A stretch of DNA of 63,440 bases, the filler included, from Vannella sp. (lineage: Eukaryota), in assembly GCA_023345925.1 (NCBI GenBank). It is 7 parts of 7 records of this genome, joined end to end, with 100 filler letters (N's around TTAATTAATTAA, not from the genome) between each part and the next. Parts side by side here need not be neighbours in the genome. Positions count along the whole stretch, not along the records: positions 1 to 14,500 come from JAJQQN010000685.1; 6 more parts are not named here. One strand, given 5' to 3'. This document shows, piece after piece, positions 1 to 11,574 of this stretch. Numbering within the stretch: the stretch's first letter is position 1; every line of letters begins with the position of its first letter. The translations under genes and the position numbers were made by a program. Below the pieces are notes generated by a model. That model worked only from the letters and a program-made list of their open reading frames with translations, did not search any database and had not been told where the DNA came from.

Positions 1-116
1 AATCTAAACCAACAAAGGACGTAGCCGCACCAGCCAACGAAAGGTCGTGCAAAATAAATTTCTTGGAAAGCCAAAACTCTAGAAATGGAAAGCCAATTTC
101 CTCTCGATTTCTACCG

Positions 117-3100
117 ATGGTGGTGGCGTTGAGGATGTCTTCTCTTTGGCTTTTACTCTGGCTGTTTAGTGGTGCCTTCGCACAATGTGCGGGGCTGCCG
201 TGGAAGGAAAGCTGTATCCTGAAGGAGACAATGGTGACCTATTCTGTTGGCGTCTACGCTGAGGCGTTCACGATGGAGGTGGAAGGATCCGTGCCCCCAG
301 AAACAGAATCAGCGGTTATGATTATCCAGATGCAAGGTGGGAAGTACAACTCGGAGAACTCACGTGCTTTTGGAGGCGCATTTCATGACAGGGAGGGCAA
401 CGGTTACGAGGCGTTGGGCGCTGGTCTCTACGAATTCAGTTATGTTATCAAATCAAGGTTTAATGGCTTGACTACAATCTTCTCCTTACTCTTGCCCGTC
501 ACCAACAGGTACTCCTTCAAAGAAGGGCGTTTCCAAGTCGTGTTCTTCCCCATTTGCACGTTCATGGAGGTGAAGGACTTCATCCCAACACCATGGAATG
601 GAAGGTTTGGCGGAGTACTCCCCATCATCGCCAAAGACATCTCCTTTGCGGCCAACATTTCGATGGACGGTTGCGGCTTCCGCGGAGGCTCCGCGTCCGT
701 TACGGATGGTCTTGAATCAAAGCCTGACGACTTTGCACGACAAGTTTCGACCAAAGGAGGTGGAGATGCCTACAAGGGCGAAGGCTTCCTCGGCTCCCCA
801 GAGATCCCGAATCAATCCACTTCTTCCTATTCTCAACAACTGGACTGCTCCAGAGGGTCCCCAGGTAACGCTGGAGGAGGTGGAATGGCAATATCCTCAG
901 GTGGAGGTGGAGGAGCGAGTGGAGGAAGCGGAGGAGACGGAGGAACATGGCCATTTGAGTCGACGCCACGTTCAGGTGGGATCGGAGGATTTCGAGTGGA
1001 CACTGGTAAAGATAGACTCCTACTTGGTAAGGAAGCTATTCGTTGGGTCTTGAGTGCTTACAACCCACAGGAGGTGGAGGAGGAGCTGGAGCCTGTTACA
1101 ACAAGGTGAGAACTGTGACTCAAGCAGGTGGCAACGGCGGAGGTATCATGTATGTCCACGCATTTGGTTGCATTTCTTTCTTGGATGGAGTGGTTTTGGC
1201 CTCTTCTGGTGAGCCTGGTGGAGATTCCGCTCAGGATTCCGAATGTGGAGGAGGCGGAGGTGAGCCAGCCTGATGAATGAAGATGGTGCTCCTAACAAAC
1301 CTGAGTAGGAGGTGGAGGCGGTACAATCCTTCTGGCTGCTGAATGCAACCTATTGCCCAACCTGACTCTCGTGGCAAGAGGTGGCAAGGGTGGCATTCCG
1401 TCAGTCAAATTCGGTGGAGGCGGAGGCGGAGGAGGAGGCGGAGGATCCCTCATTGGGCCTCCCTTCTTGGAGCGCCTCGTCGACTTTGGACCCAACTATG
1501 ACCCCAATTCCAAGTTACCGCCATCTGACGGTACGTTGCTCGACAAGGTCGATCTTCTTTCCTTGCGCCTCTCCTCCTGTGAAACGACGACGGAATCACT
1601 ATCCCCCTCTCTTTTGGTTTCTCCTTCGGATTCTACTTCGGTTACTCCTTCGGAAACTGTTTTAGTTACTCTTTTGGATTCTACTTCAGTTACTCCATCG
1701 GTTACTCCTTTGGTTACTCATTCAGTTACTCCTTTGGTTACTCATTCGGTTACTGTTTCAGTTACTCCTTTGGTTACTCATTCAGTTACTCCATCAGTTA
1801 CTCCTTTGGTTTCTCCTTCGGATTCTACTTCGATCACTGCTTCGGAAACTCCTTCAGATACTCCTTTGGGAACTGCTCCAGTTACTGCTTTGGTGACTCC
1901 TCCAGTTACTCCTTCGTTTACTCGTTTAGTTTCTCCTTCGGATTCTACTTCGAATACTGCTTCGGGTGCTCCTTCAGTTACTGCTTTGGTGACCACTACT
2001 TCGGATACTCCTTCAGTTACTCCTTTGGATACTCCTTCAGTTACTGCTTTGGTGACCACTACTTCGGATACTCCTTCAGTTACTCCTTTGGATGATCCTT
2101 CAGTTACTCCTTCAGTTACTCCTTTGGATGATCCTTCTGTTACTCCGACTGGATCCGCAGCTGCAAGTGGATCTGTTTCCCATTCTGTTACTGTAATTGA
2201 TTCGATCTCTGAAACATCTTTGGCCATTTCGGGATTCTCGCCGTCAACGATCCGCTCGTCTAATCTCTCCGGGTCCGAAAGTCCCTCCCTCTCTCTTTCT
2301 CCTTCGCAGGAAACCCCTATTCAGCTCAGGCCATTTGGTCCCTTCTCCGGAATAGAGTGCCGAGATTGCGTCGTTCGTGAACAATCATTTCAGCTTGAGT
2401 ATTCGCCCTCAGATCCCAGTCTAATCGAAGTCGTCCTTATCGGGCCGCAAGAAGAGCTATTGGCTGTCATCTACCTTCCGAAAAGTTACAGGAAAAGAAG
2501 AGTAGGACTCCAATTGGCTTTTGGGGACCATTTGCCGACCTTTAGGGGAGATCCTCGCACTCCGACTGATCTTGGTCTCGTTATGTTGGATCTTAACATG
2601 AACGATGCCTCCGGGAATTCAATCAAACAACTTCCAGAACCCATCAACATTTGCCTTCGGGAAATGCGTTCCCTCGAAAGTGTCAGTTTCCTTCTTCCGC
2701 CCTGAAAGTGACTTACCCAACCATAGCATGGATGCCTAAGCTATTACAGCGAACGAAAGGGAGAATGGATTTGCCAGGATCAATGCCTCCATCAGGTCGG
2801 GAAACATCCAGAAATGAAATGCGGCGAAACTGGTGAGATTTGGGTACCTGGGGAAGGGTGAAAAGCGCCTCATCTATTATCTAGACCATTTGACCAGCTT
2901 CGCCTTACTCCTTCAAGGGGGAAACAAGGAGAATGGGGATCCCTGCTCCTCTGTTTCCTCCAACAACACCTTATCGTGGCTTACCCTTGGCTTTGTCGCA
3001 GCTGCCATCTTCGTCGTGTTAATCAGCATTGTTCTAGTTGAAATCTTGTTCCGTTGGAAGATCTCCAAACGAGAGAGAGAGTTCACCAGGATGAGCAAAA

Positions 3101-3132
3101 CTGTTTCTGAGGCAGATCAAGAGGGAAAATGA
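117..3132 (+). CDS. Single-pass surface protein: signal peptide, Gly-rich AgmC-like head, Ser/Thr/Pro mucin stalk, GAIN/GPS-like domain, 1 TM, short cytoplasmic tail
   Basis: GT-AG introns 1027-1070, 1260-1308, 2682-2726 and 2833-2884 join the ORFs in frame; hydrophobic N-terminus; spliced CLSYYSERKGEWICQDQC...CGETDHLTSFALLL; TM WLTLGFVAAAIFVVLISIVLV; stop 3130-3132. Confidence 0.8.
1600..2150 (+). repeat. Coding degenerate tandem repeats (TCAGTTACTCCT-like units encoding SVTP/LVTH), mucin stalk
   Basis: Many 12/24-nt units plus a 60-nt direct duplication near 1971-2030/2031-2090. Confidence 0.85.
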
Positions 3133-3303
3133 GCAGTGTCCGAGGATCTCTTTCCATAACAAGTTAACTTGTGATTCTAAATACCTTGTACCCTCACTCA
3201 GACCCTTACAAAAGTGAAGGGAATCAAAAGTAAGACGTTAGTTTGTTTCGAATGATTATGATGCAAGTGAATGCGATGGATCTTTCCCGTTCCAGCAAAG
3301 GAA

Positions 3304-4222
3304 TTAGAGAGCCCCATCAGTGCGCAAAGGTGGCGAAATTGGTTCCTCAAAGAGAGACGTCTTGCCCCCCACGGGCTCGGCAGCGCGGCGAAGTCCAGTC
3401 TGTGGGCCCGGTTTTGGTCTTTCACCCCTGGAAATAGCCTCAATCACCTGTCGGGCTGTCTCTGGCGTGAGATCTTCCTAACCTACGGTGAGTGTTCTTC
3501 CGACCAAACTCAACCAGTTCCCTTCCTACATAGTAATCGTCGTTGACCGAAATCATTGGCGCATTGACGCACGCACCCAGGCATTCAAGTTCAAGCAAAG
3601 TGAACTTGCCATCGGGGGTGGTTTCTAGATGGGATTGCAGGTTCGAATCAGTTTCTCATCACCAGGAGGATCCCGTTCTTGAGGGCAAAGCTTACCTCCA
3701 AAGTGGATGCCTCCGAGCTGTTCAGAGACTGCCTTGTAGATCGACTCTGACTGGCATAGCATGCAAGGGGTCGTCATGCACACACCAACAACGTGTTTCC
3801 CCACAGGTTCGCGAAGGAACATCGAATAGAAGGTGGCTGTCTCGTACACTCTCATTTGAGGAACATCGAGTAACTTGGCAACCTTATTCATGGCTGCCAG
3901 AGGGAGCCATCCGTGTTGCTGTTGAGCAAGTTGCAACAAGGGGATGGTAGCCGCAGCCTTGTACTGCGAAGGGTATCGCCCCATGATCGCCTTCACCTCC
4001 TTCAAATTGTCCATTGTGAACTCAAATGGAGTACTCTCGTTGTTCTCGGGAGTGTATATGTGCTACGCGGATTGATCAACGGTGAGCTTCGACCATTGCT
4101 GTTTCCCTTCTTCTCACCTTCCTGATGCCAACACCCCCACCACCCAACCTGGGCGACGAAGAAAACGTTCGAGAGAAAGCAACAGTGCGAGAACAGACAG
4201 AAGAGCACGCTGGACGGAACAT
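3304..4222 (-). CDS. NDUFV2: NADH:ubiquinone oxidoreductase 24 kDa subunit
   Basis: Mitochondrial presequence MFRPACSS...; [34 protein letters not shown] and spliced [10 protein letters not shown] [2Fe-2S] ligands; 3 introns. Confidence 0.95.
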
Positions 4223-4327
4223 GGAGCCTTGCGGCAGTGCCTGAAGGAATAAGCGAGAACTCGCAGTTCCGAACAGCCAATGACTCCCCTTCAAAGACTA
4301 AATAGAGATTTTTTGACTTTAATATTT

Positions 4328-5023
4328 CTATTGGGTCAATTCCATGATAGCCCCAACCATGTCACCACCACACTTCTTGAGGGCTTCAATGGCTTGCTCG
4401 CGCGTGGCCTTAGTTTGGTCCATGATCGTGGTAATGTCAGCTTCGGAAGCCTCACCGTCAGCTGGTACATCAGCGGCACTGATCTCGTTGGCATCAACTA
4501 TTCAATTCGAGAGAATGAGTAGCCGTTTCTACAGAGGAAAGTTGGCAACGTACCTTCCTCCAATTGGGGAACGTCATCCTCATCAACATCCTGAGCGAGG
4601 GATGCAGCTGCCCGTTGAAGACCTTGTTGTTGGAAGTCCTCAATCTTGGCCTTCGAAAACAGTCAGTCGCCGTAAATCCTGGGATAATAAAGTATCACTA
4701 ACCTCTCCAAAGAGCACATAGGTATCAGTAGAGGGGCTCTTGTAGACGTCGGGCTTGGAGATGATGAACAGAACCTAGAAACCCAACTTAGAAATGGTGA
4801 AGCTTTTTTGTGAATCTCTTACGTTCTTGGACTTCTTGATGGCAGCACGAGTGATTCCGGGGACTGGACGGAGGCCCAGCTTGGAGAGCTGCTTGCGAGC
4901 CTTCTTTTCGCTCTTGCTTTGTTTATTGGCCTTGTCCTCCAAGATGCCTTCAGTGGTATCCTCGGTGGTGGCGTCCTCGATCCGAACCTCTTCGGTTACT
5001 TCGGTAATCTGTTCTTCGGCCAT
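4328..5023 (-). CDS. NACA: Nascent polypeptide-associated complex alpha subunit
   Basis: [46 protein letters not shown] and C-terminal UBA-like ...[11 protein letters not shown]; spliced. Confidence 0.93.
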
Positions 5024-5248
5024 GGCAAGCTTGCTTGGTGCGATCAAAAAGACCCAAACCGCCTCTGGCCGAAAATTTTCGTCAAAGCCCTCGGCAGGCT
5101 TGATTGAGGAGGACCCCTAATCAATTTATTCGTGCTATAGATTCTAACAATTTCAATCGGGAGTTCTTTCAGAGGGGAGGAAGCAATTTGGGATGGTTGT
5201 TTCGAGGAATCAGTCTTCTCTTCTCCCCAACGAACAACCACTCTGCCA

Positions 5249-7029
5249 ATGAACAACACCGTTCGCCCTCTTCGCGCGCTGATCCTTACTTCCGCAAGAT
5301 TGCGTTCAGTTGGGAATGATCGTAGACTTGCTTCATCTTTCTGCGTCTCCGGTTAGCGCTTGCAAACTTTCAGTCGCCTGTTGACTAACCGATCCTCAAA
5401 GGAGGACCGCTTTCATCTCGGATTCAATCAGATCAACGATTGAACTGCTCATCTTTCTCCTCTAGAGCATTTGCTTCTTCTGGTAAGTCCTCCGTGGTGA
5501 TCACGATCTTGGAGAGCCAAACTAAGCTCTCTTCCTCTTCCTCTCTTCCTCTCATATACTTATCATTGGAAATACAGCTGAGAAAGACTTCTACGAGGTA
5601 CTGGGAGTGTCCCGGGATGCCACGGAGAAGGACATTAAGAAGGCTTTCCGAAACGTAATATGAACCCTTCTTGGCTTCCAGGAGTTTCTCACTTCAACAA
5701 ACAGTTAGCAAAGGAGTACCATCCCGATCGGAACCCAGGCGACAAAGAGAAGGAGAAAATGTTCAAAACCTTCTCCGCTGCCTACGATGTCCTTTCGGAC
5801 CCGGAAAAGAAAAAGCAGTATGATATGATGGGCCACAAGGCATTTAGCGAGGGATACTCTGCTCAGAGTGCCCCTGACTTTGAGGACATCTTAAGCCAGT
5901 TCGGGTTTGGAGGAGGCGGTGGAGGAGGTTTTGGTGGTTTCGAAGACATCTTCTCAGGTTCCTTTGGAGGGGGACGCTCAAGGCAAACCTCCAGGGGTAA
6001 ACAGGGAGCGAATCTCGAGGTGGGTGAATCTCAACACACTCAAAAAGAACGGCTCTGACTGTTCTATGGAATCCAGATGACCCAAACCATCAGCTTCATG
6101 GACTCGATCAAAGGAGTCAAGAAGGAAGTCTCTTATTCCACCAAGGTTGGGTGCGAACCATGCAAGGGGTTTGGTACAAAGGATGGAAAGAAACCTCCCA
6201 CTTGTTCGACTTGCGGTGGGTCAGGAACTGTAAGTGGTCAACAACACCCCAGTGGATTATTGTTATCTTGCTGACCTAAAAATGTTCCTTTAGGTGACAA
6301 GCTCCCAAGGAGGCCTCTTTTTTGTCCAGCAGGCGTGTAGCGCTTGCAGAGGATCGGGAGAGAAGGTCACTGACAGTTGCTCATCTTGTGGAGGAAGAGG
6401 AACGATAGGCAAACTTGCCAATTTAGAAGTTTCCCTGCCAGCTGGTAAGATCCTCTCTCACATTCACCAACAACATCTGACATCCTGCAACCAGGTATCA
6501 GCGATGGGGATACTGTCCGAGTTCCCAGGAAGGGATGTGCAGGAGAAAAGGGTGGCCCAGCAGGTGACCTATTTATCACGGTCAAGGTGAGTCCTCATTC
6601 AGATTGACGTTTGAGATGGAAGAATCATCTGATCTTCTGGTCACAGGTCCAACCACACTCGTACTTTAAGAGGAACAACAACGACATTCATCTCGAAGTC
6701 CCTCTATCTCTCACTCAAGCTATCTTCGGGACTTCTGTTAAAGTACCAACTGTCGAGGGAAAGGTACTCGAGGTTACCGTACGTTAAGAGATGGAGATGA
6801 GTACTTTGCTCACAAATGGAGGCAGATCAAACCAGGGACTCAATCAGGCGACCAAAGCATCCTCCGAGGCAAAGGAGTATCAAGAAAGGGGCGCTTTGAT
6901 GTTGGCAATCAGATCTTGACTCTGAAAGTGCATATCCCCTCTGCGACGGTGTTGCCAGATGCCCAAAAAGAGCTCTTCCAGAAGATTCAGGAAGGGGAGT
7001 CCATCCCAAACCCCTTCCAGTTGGAGTAA
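5249..7029 (+). CDS. Mitochondrial class A DnaJ/Hsp40 (Mdj1/DNAJA3-like)
   Basis: Arg/Ser-rich presequence, J domain with HPD, G/F region, four CxxCxGxG motifs, C-terminal domain; multiple short introns; TAA 7027-7029. Confidence 0.9.
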
Positions 7030-7216
7030 GAGGTTCTTCCTGCCATAAACCCTCTCTCTTGAAGTAGAAGAAGGTCCACCAAGGTTACTGGGTGGGAAAG
7101 AACGCTCCCAATTGCGCACCAAGTACAAAACCCGTGTATTGAGCGAAGTTTGTGGAGTCACTGGAAGAAAACCACTCTCTTGACCACATTGAATCCACAA
7201 AAGGAAAAAAAGGAAC

Positions 7217-8030
7217 TCAATACTCCAGGATGGGTCCGGCACTGGAATCCACGTTCTTGTCAAGAGTACAATTCAGCTCAAACACTTTGCTCAGGCAGAT
7301 CTTGAAGATGTTCTGGATGTTGATGGGGCCTGAGGCGGAGCAATACACTAAAGGTGCCTTCATTGCGCGAGCGAACTTCCGCGCCTGTATTTGTAAGAAG
7401 GGAACTTATCTCACCGTGCTGATACTCACTGAAAGGGTGGTCTCTGCCTTGACCTCGGGTTCTAGTTGCTCAAAAAGATCATATTTTGTTCCTATGAGGA
7501 TCGCCTTGGCGGTCTGGCTCATTGTCAGATCTCTGAGATACGTTGATCTTCTGTGAGATGGATAAGAAGTGATGCTTCCTTACCTTGTTGATGGCACGGG
7601 CTTGGCGATACCAGTCCTTGACAGACACCAAGGTGGCGCTGCGTGTCAAATCAAACATGAAGAGGATGGCCAGTGCATCGTTGCAGACGAGAGGGAGCAT
7701 ATTCAAGAACTCCTTTTGACCTCCCAAGTCCCAGATGGAGAAGGTAATCTCAGTCCCCTTCACAGAGACGGTCTTGTCCATGAAGTTGACACCTTTAGCA
7801 CCCCCCGCATTAGTTCTATGACAAAGGAGTTCCTCCGAGTGGTTCAAAAGGAATCAATAGTCGACAGACGTACCCAGTGTTTGGATGTAATCCTCATCAA
7901 AGGAACCATCCACATACTTGACCATGAGGCTGGTCTTACCCACTTGAGAGTCTCCCACCATCCCCACCTTCACAGTGACCTGCTTGGCACTTCCTTTTGC
8001 AGAACCAGACTTTGCATACTCCTTGGACAT
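7217..8030 (-). CDS. SPG1: Spg1/Tem1 small GTPase (septation initiation/mitotic exit)
   Basis: [54 protein letters not shown]-terminal GPILEY; spliced. Confidence 0.92.
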
Positions 8031-8206
8031 GCCGACGCAGCGAAGGGCGGCGAGGAAGAGAAGTGCCAACACCGGCCAATTAGAAGCGCTTTTGGACCTT
8101 CTTGAATTGCTTCTGAATTGGAGATGCTGTCCAATGGGTCCATCCAAGGAGGAGGGAACTGCAACTCAGAGGTTTATCAAAGGATCGTTCCTCTCGAAGA
8201 GGGAGC

Positions 8207-9635
8207 TTAGAAGGCGAACAGAATGCAGCAGAGAAGAAGAGCAGCTGCGAAGGATTGGGTAGTGGCACTGTTGCCTTCTCCGAAGGGGTTGGGAGTGCTG
8301 GTGGGTGAGGGAACGGGACAATCCGCGAAAGAAAAGTCGTTGTTGATGGAGATGGGAGGAGAAGGAATCACAAAGCTGTCAGCGACAACTCCGATCACAC
8401 AAGTAGCATAGCGGCTTCCGCTGTTCCCCGCTTGGTCACAGTTGATCCCATCGCCATGATCGAACGTGGCGTGGACCACCATTCCATGGCCAGCCAAAGA
8501 GGACAGTGAAGGAATCAGCTCATTGTCAAGCTGATACCAAGCCACACCATCACGATCGTAGGTCTGAATGTCGCCAAGGTCGCCCGCGTGTCTGTTGCGA
8601 GATGGAGGGAGACCGTGAGTCTTTCCTTCTGGGTTCCAGTGCGATCCGAGAGTGACTCCAGAGTCTCTATCAGAGATATCTCCGTATTGGTGGATGTGGA
8701 TACCATGGATGGAGTCTTTCACCAGGCCTCGAACCTGCCCGACGACGCGAATGAGGTTTCCTTCTCCCTTCTCAAAGTAGACGGTTCCTTCACACTCAGG
8801 GCAGTTGCTCGTCCCTTCCAGCGTGCAAGCAAGCTTTGTGACATCACCATCTTGAGAAGCCTTGTTGTTGGGGTCCTGTGCAAGTCCAATGACGCCAAAC
8901 CCAATCCGGGCACCAGTGTTCGACTAAACGAAGAGGGTGAGCCACAATGGGCCACGCTACTATCTAAGAAGCACGCACGCCATCACAAGGATCCTTAATG
9001 TTGTGAAGAATGATGCCACGGCCCAGGACGGACGTGTTGCCCGAGAGGGTGATGAGGTCGAGCGTCTTCTCTTCAGAGATAATGCCGTTGGTCACACTCC
9101 AGGAGCCCTGTAGCTGGGTTAGACTCTAATGAAAGAGAGCAAAGGGTTCTTCTGACCATATCGCCCTCGTGGCGCTCCTTCGAAGGGGGGCAGCCGTGAG
9201 AAGTCGAACCTGCTCCGACCCAGTGGGGTCCTTGGGATGATCCAGTGGCATTGGTGAGATCTCCATACTAAGAGAAGAGTGAGTGGAACGTCTACGTAGG
9301 ATGGGAGTAGCAGACAGTGTGGAGGTGAAGGCCCAATTTGGAGGGGAGGTCAGCACCGAGACCAGAGATTCGCACTTGCACAACCACCTTTCCCCCCTGT
9401 TACATACAGCCCAACACATCATATGTCATATCCCACTCACTCCGTTGGAAGACTCTGTAAAGGTCACAGTCCCGCTCAACGAGCTTTTAGCATTCGAGGT
9501 GGCTTGAAGATAAGCAATAGCAGACCCTGCCCAAGCCCTATCAGTCACAGGCCATCCCCAGATGCCTATAGACGTACGCTGCGCTGCTACACAATGGAGA
9601 AGCCCAACAAGAAGGGCAAACAGAAGGAGTTTCAT
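8207..9635 (-). CDS. Secreted, probably GPI-anchored protein with two tandem Cu/Zn superoxide dismutase domains
   Basis: Signal MKLLLFALLVGLLHCVAA; domain 1 (spliced) HLH/GPHW/SHG/RHEGD/ILH/GAR; domain 2 HIH/GSHW/THG/RHAGD/VVH/GSR; hydrophobic C-terminus after NSA. Confidence 0.88.
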
Positions 9636-9766
9636 CTGAGACAGTCCCTTCAAGCAGGGCTAAGCGAAATGAAGCCATTGGATGGTCGAAAGGAAAGTTT
9701 GCGACCTACCGATGAAAGAGGAGGGAAAGGGATCATCGAAAAAGGCTCATTTGGGGTCACTTTGTC

Positions 9767-11438
9767 ATGCAGCCTTATGGCTCCGCGGGGGAGTACTGGA
9801 ACAACGATAGTCCCGTTGAGTACCATTCGGGGGGATACTCTAACCACTCAAGGCAAATCAGCGCTTACCCACCGGTATCCACAGTGCTACGACCCGACCA
9901 GCACTCGGAACGCGATCCGCCTCCTTCGTTGGCTTGGCACGGCTTGAATCTCTCAGGGCACCAGCTTCGCACCTTATCACCCGCTCTGGGACAGTTCAGT
10001 CACATTACCGAGTTGTATCTACTCAACAACCAGCTACGGGAGCTCCCCAAAGCGCTCTTTACGGGGTTGCTCAACTTGACCCGTTTAGACGTGTCCCAGA
10101 ACCAGTTGGTCGTCCTCCCCGTTGAGATAGAGAACCTCCAACGACTGAAACACCTCCTCCTCGAAAAGAACTGCCTCACCTCCCTACCAATGGAGTTGGG
10201 AAGATTATGGCGGTACGCGATGGCTCCTTCCTCCTTCCCTTTTCGCTAAGCCCCGTGGGTTGGGTAGACTGGAAGAACTAGGACTAGAAGGGAACAACCT
10301 CAGCTCTCCCCCTCAAAGCATTCTAGCTATTGGTGCACGGAACATCGTCCGTTACCTTCGGGACCGAGTCAGTGAAGTTCAGGCCCCCCTGGAGCGGAAG
10401 TGGGAAAGGGCAACAAGAGAGACGACCCCCACTTCATATCCTTTCAAGATCATGACGTACAACATCCTCGCAGAGACCTACGCCACTGAGGACCAACATC
10501 CCTACACACCGACTCACTTCCGCAAGTGGGAGTACCGCCGTGAGAAGATCCTGGAAGAGATCCTTACTGCAGATGCGGACATCATCTGTCTGCAAGAGGT
10601 GGAGGACCTCCAATTCAGAGAGTTCTTTGTCCCGCGATTGCGAGCGCGCGGCTACGAGGGACAGCACAAGCTCAAGACACGTGCCAAGAACGTGGCTCAC
10701 TCAGACGCAGTAGACGGGTGTGCGACCTTCTATCGGAGGGAGAAGTTCCAGAAAGAAGCGAGCTTCGAGGTGGAGTACCAAACCTTGGCCATCGAGATCA
10801 TCCCCACTGGACCCGGCCTGGACCGCACGATTCGTCGCGATAACATTGCCCTCCTACTGGTTCTGCAAATGCATTCCAACGGAGGAAGCACCAAGGGCCG
10901 AGGACCCAGGGCCACAAAGCGAATCCTCGTTTGTAACACACACATTCACTGGGCCCCTGCAGAGGCTGACGTGAAGCTGATGCAAGTCCAACTCCTTCTA
11001 AGGGAAGTACAGAAGGTCTGTCGCCAGTTTGAGGACCCGCACATGCCCCTTCTGATCACAGGAGACTTCAACTCGGAGCCATCAAACGCAGTCTACCAAC
11101 TCTTGAAGAACGGGCGGGTGGGAAAAGAGCATGCGGATTGGAACAGCGATGTCAACTACGGTGTATTCTCCGCTGAAGGATGCTCGCATCCATTCCACTT
11201 GCGCGACTGTTTTGATGGCATTTGCGAGCCGACATTCTCCAACTTCAACGGAGACTTTATGGCCATTTTGGATTACATTTGGTACAGTAGTGACTCGATC
11301 ACCTGCTTGGGAACAGCAGCGACACCAACAAAGCAAGAGATTGCCCTCCAAAAGTCGCCCTTGCCCAACAGTCACTACCCCTCGGACCACATCTTCCTCC
11401 TTGCCGAGATGGAACTGCAGTCAAAGCGGCGCACTTAG
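9767..11438 (+). CDS. CNOT6: CCR4/CNOT6 deadenylase (LRR + EEP nuclease)
   Basis: LRRs (LYLLNNQLRELP), MTYNILA, ICLQEVE, GDFNS, LDYIWY, PSDH; intron ~10213-10267. Confidence 0.93.
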
Positions 11439-11574
11439 TCGAACAGTTGGCCTCCTTCCGAATAAAACCAAGTCATCAAGACACTCCACGGGAAAGGCCC
11501 CTGAAGATGAATTGGCCTCCTTGACGCCATACAGAGACCACTTGGGGGTTGTAAAAGGGCTGTTTAGAAGTCAC

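Noticed and set aside
1600..2227. Short repeats as a CRISPR array, and antisense ORF 1778-2227
   Set aside because: No unique spacers; the repeats encode the SVTP mucin stalk and the minus ORF is its shadow
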